DNA from: a bacterium
GTDB taxonomy: Bacteria; RBG-13-61-14; DATKZS01
NCBI GenBank assembly: GCA_963674965.2
Contig: CAXXFL010000006.1
Location: forward strand, 96,001-160,000
Direction: 5' to 3'
Length of the DNA stretch: 64,000 bases
Shown here: positions 58,540-64,000 of the stretch, piece after piece
Layout: every line of letters starts with the position of its first letter
Position numbering within the stretch: position 1 is the stretch's first letter
Made by a program: the position numbers and the translations under genes
The notes under the pieces: generated by a model
Database searches by the model: none
Seen by the model: only the letters and a program-made list of their open reading frames with translations
Told to the model about the DNA's origin: nothing

Positions 58540-60414
58540 TTGCAAACGGATAAGAAATTGGACCTGGCCTGGAAATACTACCTTAAAGCCCTGGGAAGCA
58601 TCGTCCTGGTTGGAATTCTTCAAATACTGGGCATGCTTTATTACGCCAAACTGGTCATGAACCTGTCGGCCGACGACTTCTCGGAACTCTCCCTGAATCT
58701 GGTGGCGATAGTCATCCTGTTACTGCTCGTTTTCGTCGCTATCTGTCTTTATATTTTCAGGGACCTTATCAGGTTTCTCCGCGCCCTTCCGGAGGAATCT
58801 TCATATTCCGACGAGGAACTTCTTGGTCTGCAGAAAAAACTCGTAAACCTGGGCTACTGGATAGCGGGCGTCTCCTTTCTATTCTATCTTCTCTCCACTC
58901 CGATCATAGTGCAGATATTTTCCGCGCGGGTATCCGAGTGGACGCCGGTCCAGATATCTTACGGCGTCGCCGGGGGATTCATCGCCGGCCTGTTGAACGT
59001 TCCCCTGGCTTTGCTGATCACGAACATGATCGCGAAGCCCGTTCTTTACCGCGCCTTCGAGTTTTCGAGCACCCTGCCCCGGGCGGCGCGGGTGGGCCTG
59101 AGGATGAGCGTCCGGACGAAGCTTATAATCTCCATGTTCATCCTGATCCTGACATCTCTTCTTTACACGTCCATCGTCAGCTACTCGAGGTCGCGGGAGA
59201 TACTCGAGTCGGGCAAGTCCATCGAGTCCGAGTTGTTAAGGCTGGGCGGAGCGGTCAAGGAGGGCGCGAAAAACGAGGACGGCTTCCAGGTCCACTCGAT
59301 GGAATACTTCGAGTCCAAGACGGGAAGCATGCTCGCCTTCCATGGCATAGTTATCGCCGTCTGCGCCGTTCTCGGCCTCATCATCGCCTACATGTCGGCC
59401 GAGGAGATAACCAGGCCCGTCCGGGAACTGGCGGCCAAGACCGAGGGCATAATCCATGGCGACCTGGACCAGGAGATCATGCTGGTCGGCAACGACGAGT
59501 TGGCCAAGCTGGGCGCGGTGTACAACTTGATGCTGAACCGGATCAAGGACCAGGTCTACTCGGTCGAGGTCCTACGCGAGAGCATCACCCAGGCCATCCA
59601 CCAGTTGAACCAGACCTCCAAGCTCATCCTCGAGGTCTCCAAGGAACAATCCACCGGCGCCACCGAGCAGGCCGCCGCCATGCAACAGACCTCATCCATC
59701 TCCGCCGAGATCGTGGCCACGGCCAAGCAAATCGCCGAGCGGGCCAGGCACATGGACGAGGCCGCCGGCTCGACCCTCGGGGCCTGCAAGGACGGGAACT
59801 CCAGACTGGACGGGGCCGTCGGCGGCTACGAGAACGTGCGCTCCCAAATGCTGGCCCTTTCCGTTTTTCTGAAGGGACTTTCCGAGCGCTACCAGGAGAT
59901 GTTCAAGGTCGTGGACATGATCGAGTACATCGTCGAGCAGACCGAGCTGTTGGCCCTTAACGCGTCCCTCGAGGCCGCCGGCGCGGGAGAGGCGGGCAGG
60001 CGCTTCGAGATAGTGGCGTCCGCCACCAGGCGCCTGGCCGCCCGCACGGGGGAGGCCGCCTCCGACATCAGGTCCATCATCGAGTCCATCAAGGTGGACA
60101 CGGATCGGGCCTCGGTCATGGCCGGCGAGGGCGAGCAGGTGGTGGACCAGGGAAGAGGACTCATCAACCAGGTGATCGTAGCCCTGGACGATATCTCAAA
60201 CAAGGCCAGGGACACCTCGACCACGGTGACCGAGATAACCATGAGCACCCGGCAGCAGACCACCGCCAGCGAGCAGATGGCGGCCTCGGTGGGAGAGGTC
60301 AGCGAGGTGGCCGAAAAGATGCTCGAGGGCGCCAGGGAAATCGAGGCATCCATCGCCCAGCTTAACGCCCTGACCGTCGAGCTGACCAGGATGGTCGACG
60401 AAAGATGGGATTGA
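58540..60414 (+). CDS. Methyl-accepting chemotaxis protein (multi-TM N-terminus, HAMP, MA domain)
   Basis: ITRPV...[39 protein letters not shown] signalling hairpin. Confidence 0.9.
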   Translation: MQTDKKLDLAWKYYLKALGSIVLVGILQILGMLYYAKLVMNLSADDFSELSLNLVAIVILLLLVFVAICLYIFRDLIRFLRALPEESSYSDEELLGLQKKLVNLGYWIAGVSFLFYLLSTPIIVQIFSARVSEWTPVQISYGVAGGFIAGLLNVPLALLITNMIAKPVLYRAFEFSSTLPRAARVGLRMSVRTKLIISMFILILTSLLYTSIVSYSRSREILESGKSIESELLRLGGAVKEGAKNEDGFQVHSMEYFESKTGSMLAFHGIVIAVCAVLGLIIAYMSAEEITRPVRELAAKTEGIIHGDLDQEIMLVGNDELAKLGAVYNLMLNRIKDQVYSVEVLRESITQAIHQLNQTSKLILEVSKEQSTGATEQAAAMQQTSSISAEIVATAKQIAERARHMDEAAGSTLGACKDGNSRLDGAVGGYENVRSQMLALSVFLKGLSERYQEMFKVVDMIEYIVEQTELLALNASLEAAGAGEAGRRFEIVASATRRLAARTGEAASDIRSIIESIKVDTDRASVMAGEGEQVVDQGRGLINQVIVALDDISNKARDTSTTVTEITMSTRQQTTASEQMAASVGEVSEVAEKMLEGAREIEASIAQLNALTVELTRMVDERWD

Positions 60415-60469
60415 GCGCCTTCATCCACTCCGCCCCCCTTCTCCCCTTCGGATTTATCAGAGGCCGTCA

Positions 60470-60979
60470 TTGAGGATAGCCGACTCGATGGATCCGGACC
60501 GGATGGAAATCCGGGCGCAAAGGCAAGGCTGTCAGACCCTTTCGGGATTGCCCCTCCTGGTGGGAGGCGTCTTTATCCTCGCCGCCTCCATCGGGGTCCT
60601 CCGCGTGGAGGTCATGCCTCCCAAGTGGGCCGCCCTGCCCTTCGGCGCCATGGCCGCCGCGGCCGGCTACGTCATCGCCTTCGGCTCCCGTACCGTCACC
60701 ATAAATCGCGCCGACTTTCTTGTCTCGTCCTGGTGGGGGGCCGCTTTTCCCCTCCGGATCAAGTACGACTCCCTCGAGGACTTCAGCGAGGTGGCGGTGG
60801 AGAAGCTTGCCGACCCGCGAGAGTCCAATATCGTCACCTTTTATTTAAACCTTGAAGGCAAAGGCGAAGACGGCGACCCGGCCGTTCTGGAACTGGGCGA
60901 AACCATGAACGAGACCGAGGCCGAGCGAGTGGCCGAGGAAATAGCCGAGTTCCTCGGCTTCCCTGTCCGCTATCGGTAA
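60470..60979 (+). CDS. Hypothetical two-TM membrane protein
   Basis: Two TM helices followed by a soluble beta-rich domain; start uncertain. Confidence 0.55.
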   Translation: MRIADSMDPDRMEIRAQRQGCQTLSGLPLLVGGVFILAASIGVLRVEVMPPKWAALPFGAMAAAAGYVIAFGSRTVTINRADFLVSSWWGAAFPLRIKYDSLEDFSEVAVEKLADPRESNIVTFYLNLEGKGEDGDPAVLELGETMNETEAERVAEEIAEFLGFPVRYR

Positions 60980-61226
60980 GCTCCCGCCCGGGCGCGGCTT
61001 GAATCAAAGCCCCTTAGAGATTATCATAATGGCAAGTTATTTTATGACGGATCTTGTCTCATAACGCTTTCGAGCGGTCCTTTTCCGGGCGCCAAGCCGG
61101 GGACAATACACGATTGTCCCGACGGTTGACGGCGTTTTCCGGGTCCCGTATCTCTTCAGATATTATCGGTATCGCGTCCCGCCCGCCTCCATGGCAGGCC
61201 GGATCGCTTGTTCGACGGAGTAAATT

Positions 61227-62309
61227 ATGAGCGGATCGAGAATCATTGGATGGAATGAAAGGCTGGAGATGGATTTCATGTCCATTTCCAACGACAACGT
61301 CGAGCCGGGCAGGATAGTCTCGGCCGACCGAGGCAAATACCTCGTCCTGACGGAAGGCGGGACGTTTCAAGCCGCTCCGGCGGGAAAGCTTCTTCACGAG
61401 GCGGCAAGCTCCCTGGACATGCCGGCGGTGGGCGACTGGGCGGCCATAAGACGCGAGGCGGACAAGGCGGTCATCGAGCGCGTAATGCCCCGGACCTCCT
61501 GCTTCACGCGCAAGACCTCGGGCCGCGATTACGAGACCCAGGTGATAGCCGCGAACCTGGACAAGGTCTTCATCGTCACCGCCGCGGGCAGAGACCTGAA
61601 TCCCAGGAGGATTCAAAGATATTTGGCGTCCTCCTACAGCGCGGGCGCGAATCCGGTCGTGGTTATAAACAAGCGGGACTTGGCGCCCAATCCCGAGGAG
61701 ATCATAAAGGAGCTTGACGACGCGTATATCTCCGCGCCCATCATCATGACCAGCACCATCACGGAGGACGGCCTGGAAGAGATGACTCCGCATTTGACTC
61801 CGGGCGAGACGGTGGCCCTGGTCGGCTCCTCGGGCGTGGGCAAATCGAGCATCGTCAATCTTCTGCTTGGACGGGACAGACAGTCCACCAAGTCGGTGAG
61901 AGAGTCGGACCAGAAGGGACGCCACTCGACCACGCGCCGCGAGCTTATCGTCGCGCCCGGGGGTTTTTGCGTCATCGACACGCCGGGCATGAGGGAGTTC
62001 GGTCTTATCGGGATGGAGGACGGCCTGGAGGAGGTCTTTTCCGAGATAGCGGAATTGGCCGCGAGATGCAGGTTCCGCGATTGCTCTCACCGCGAGGAGC
62101 CGGGGTGCGCCGTTGTCCGCGCCGTGGAAAGCGGCCTGTTGCCCCGGACGAGGCTTGAAAGCTACCTCAGGTTGCGGGCCGAGTTGGAGCGAAGCGCCGA
62201 GATGACCATGGAACGCGACGGCAAGAATACGAAAAGATGGAAGCAGATCAGCAAGGAAGTGAAGAGGATGCGCAAGATGAACAAGAAGCTTGGTCTCAAG
62301 CATGATTGA
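61227..62309 (+). CDS. rsgA: Ribosome small-subunit-dependent GTPase A
   Basis: PAVGDW, AANLD, NKRDL, GSSGVGKSS, GRHSTT, DTPGMRE, CRFRDCSH.EPGCAV. Confidence 0.93.
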   Translation: MSGSRIIGWNERLEMDFMSISNDNVEPGRIVSADRGKYLVLTEGGTFQAAPAGKLLHEAASSLDMPAVGDWAAIRREADKAVIERVMPRTSCFTRKTSGRDYETQVIAANLDKVFIVTAAGRDLNPRRIQRYLASSYSAGANPVVVINKRDLAPNPEEIIKELDDAYISAPIIMTSTITEDGLEEMTPHLTPGETVALVGSSGVGKSSIVNLLLGRDRQSTKSVRESDQKGRHSTTRRELIVAPGGFCVIDTPGMREFGLIGMEDGLEEVFSEIAELAARCRFRDCSHREEPGCAVVRAVESGLLPRTRLESYLRLRAELERSAEMTMERDGKNTKRWKQISKEVKRMRKMNKKLGLKHD

Positions 62310-62311
62310 CG

Positions 62312-62347
62312 AAAGGCCGAGCCCGTTTGGGCTCGGCCTTTTATTTT
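62312..62347. terminator. Bidirectional Rho-independent terminator
   Basis: AAAGGCCGAGCCC-GTTT-GGGCTCGGCCTTT followed by TATTTT, between convergent genes. Confidence 0.8.
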
Positions 62348-62364
62348 ACAAGCGCGTTATATCT

Positions 62365-63243
62365 TTATTTGGTCTCGAGCCAGGCCTTGACTTTGTCAGG
62401 GTGTTTCTCGATCCATTTTCTCGCGTTCTTGGCCGGGTCGGCGCCCGGCTCCTGATCCCATCCCATCAGTTCCTCGCAGTCCGCCACCGTCCAGTGGAAG
62501 TTGTCCAGGATACGGTATGCCTCGGGCATGTCCTTTTTCAGGCCCTTGCGGACGATGGTATCGACCCTTTCGGAGCCACCGTAAATCTTTTTGGGGTCGT
62601 CCAGGTACTTCAAGTCCCACCTGGAGAACATCCAGTGGGGGGTCCATCCCGTCACCACTATCCACTTCTTGTCGCGGACGGCCCCGGCCAGGGTGGCTAT
62701 CATGGTGGCGTCGCTTCCCTCGACGAGCTCGAGGTCCTTTAGCTTGTATTCCTCCATGACCTTCTCGGTCTTGCTCATGAGACCGGCGCCGGGGTCTATC
62801 CCGATTATTTCCTCGTCGAACTTCCTGGCGTTGGCGTTCAAATCCTCGATGGAGTCGATAGTGACGTAAGTGGGAACCACCAGTCCGATGCGGGTCCCCT
62901 CCAGGTTGGGACCCAGGTCCTCGACCTTGTCCTTGACCGCCTCGAGGTAATGGCCGTGGGTCGTGTCCAGCCAGGCCGCCACCATGCCGTCGGCGTCGCC
63001 CGTCGCCACCGCCTGCCACATGGCCGCGGCGCTCACCGGCGTAATTTCCACCTCGTAACCCGCGTCCTCGAGCACGGCCTTGACCACGTTGGTACTGGCC
63101 ACCTCGGTGGCCCACTCGACGTAGACCAACTCGATCTCGCCTTTTTTCGAGCTCGCCGGAGAAATCGACGCCGCCATGAAAACCATGACGGATATGACGG
63201 CCAGCGCGGCCGCCCGAATCGTTCTTTTCCTATTACCGAACAT
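62365..63243 (-). CDS. Glycine betaine/proline ABC transporter substrate-binding protein (OpuAC/ProX)
   Basis: Signal peptide; YVEWA, AAWL..TH, GIDPGAG, TGWTPHWMF, DPK. Confidence 0.9.
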   Translation of the reverse strand: MFGNRKRTIRAAALAVISVMVFMAASISPASSKKGEIELVYVEWATEVASTNVVKAVLEDAGYEVEITPVSAAAMWQAVATGDADGMVAAWLDTTHGHYLEAVKDKVEDLGPNLEGTRIGLVVPTYVTIDSIEDLNANARKFDEEIIGIDPGAGLMSKTEKVMEEYKLKDLELVEGSDATMIATLAGAVRDKKWIVVTGWTPHWMFSRWDLKYLDDPKKIYGGSERVDTIVRKGLKKDMPEAYRILDNFHWTVADCEELMGWDQEPGADPAKNARKWIEKHPDKVKAWLETK

Positions 63244-63252
63244 TTCAGCCTC

Positions 63253-64000
63253 CTAGTTAGCCTCGCTTTTTCTTCCTATTCTTTGAGTAACCCGGTCCAG
63301 GATCATGGCCAGAACGACCACGGCCAGACCGGCCTCGAAACCCATGCCCGGCTTCAGGCGTTGGATGGCCTTCCACACCTCGCCTCCCAATCCCTTGGCC
63401 CCGATCATGGCCGCGATGACCACCATGGAAAGCGCCAGCATGATGGTCTGGTTGACGCCGGCCATGATGGTCGGCTTGGCCAGCGGCAACTGGACCTTGA
63501 CCAGCTTTTGCCACCTGGTCGAGCCAAAGGCGTCGGCCGCCTCGATCAGGTCCTCCGAGACCTGGGTAATCCCCAGGCAGGTGAGCCGGATGGCGGGTGG
63601 CATGGAAAAGATCACCGTCGAGAAAATGGCCGACACCGGACCCAGCCCGAAAAAGGGGATAGCCGGAATCAGGTAGACGAAGGCGGGCATGGTCTGCATG
63701 AAGTCGAGCACGGGCATGATGACCTTGTTGAAGCGCCTGGACAGGGAAGCCAGTATGCCGAGAGGCATTCCAAGGGAGACGGCGACAAGGGTCGAGATCA
63801 TGACCAGGGTCAGGGTCTGCATGGTCGGCTCCCACAGGCCCAGGTCCCACAATAGGCTCATGCCTGCCATGATAAACAGGGACACGCGCTTCCCGGCCAG
63901 CCTCCACCCCAGGGCCGCGAAGACCAGGATGAGCGCGGGAGGAGGAAGATAGGTCAGCCCGTCGACGATGAGGTCGATGCCGTCGTCGGTCAGGTCGCTC
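63253..64000 (-). CDS. Glycine betaine/proline ABC permease (OpuAB/ProW), 5' end beyond the window
   Basis: PVLDFMQTMPAFVYLIP, EAADAFG, MAGVNQTIMLALSMVVIAAMIGA.GLG. Confidence 0.9.
   Translation of the reverse strand, partial: SDLTDDGIDLIVDGLTYLPPPALILVFAALGWRLAGKRVSLFIMAGMSLLWDLGLWEPTMQTLTLVMISTLVAVSLGMPLGILASLSRRFNKVIMPVLDFMQTMPAFVYLIPAIPFFGLGPVSAIFSTVIFSMPPAIRLTCLGITQVSEDLIEAADAFGSTRWQKLVKVQLPLAKPTIMAGVNQTIMLALSMVVIAAMIGAKGLGGEVWKAIQRLKPGMGFEAGLAVVVLAMILDRVTQRIGRKSEAN

Noticed and set aside
61227-62309. Permuted GTPase motif order (NKxD before the P-loop) in RsgA
   Set aside because: Circular permutation is the normal, known architecture of the RsgA family.
1-64000. CRISPR array, rRNA or tRNA genes, prophage
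   Set aside because: No regularly spaced repeats, structural RNA signatures or phage structural/replication gene clusters were recognised by eye.

Overview
A GC-rich bacterial chromosomal segment; the gene set (TIGR02266-type PilZ, PSP1/holB, AmrA, rubrerythrin, ModE-modABC) suggests a deltaproteobacterial lineage (Desulfobacterota/Myxococcota-like), which is an inference. Housekeeping and metabolic genes (glgC, holB, acyl-CoA/CoA metabolism, modABC, yifB/comM, rsgA, glycine-betaine ABC) alternate with accessory blocks. Highlights: (1) a circularly permuted cofactor-independent phosphoglycerate mutase; (2) a low-GC ABC-ATPase/PIN/RNA-ligase operon close to a Hen1-Pnkp RNA repair operon; (3) a YehL/YehM/YehP/YehQ-type MoxR-vWA-SWIM locus with two paralogous HEAT proteins, four DUF1877-like paralogs and a WD40 gene; (4) an acetylene-hydratase-like W/Mo enzyme in a ~3.25 kb integrase-free cassette bounded by a duplicated yifB/comM 3' end. 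Also present: a 28-aa bS22/AURKAIP1-like ORF missed by the ORF track, a fibre-like surface gene with a frameshifted signal peptide, an internally deleted IS1380-like element, a MITE with a 5-bp target duplication and REP-like elements. No rRNA, tRNA or CRISPR array was recognised. All family assignments come from motif recognition by eye, not database searches.
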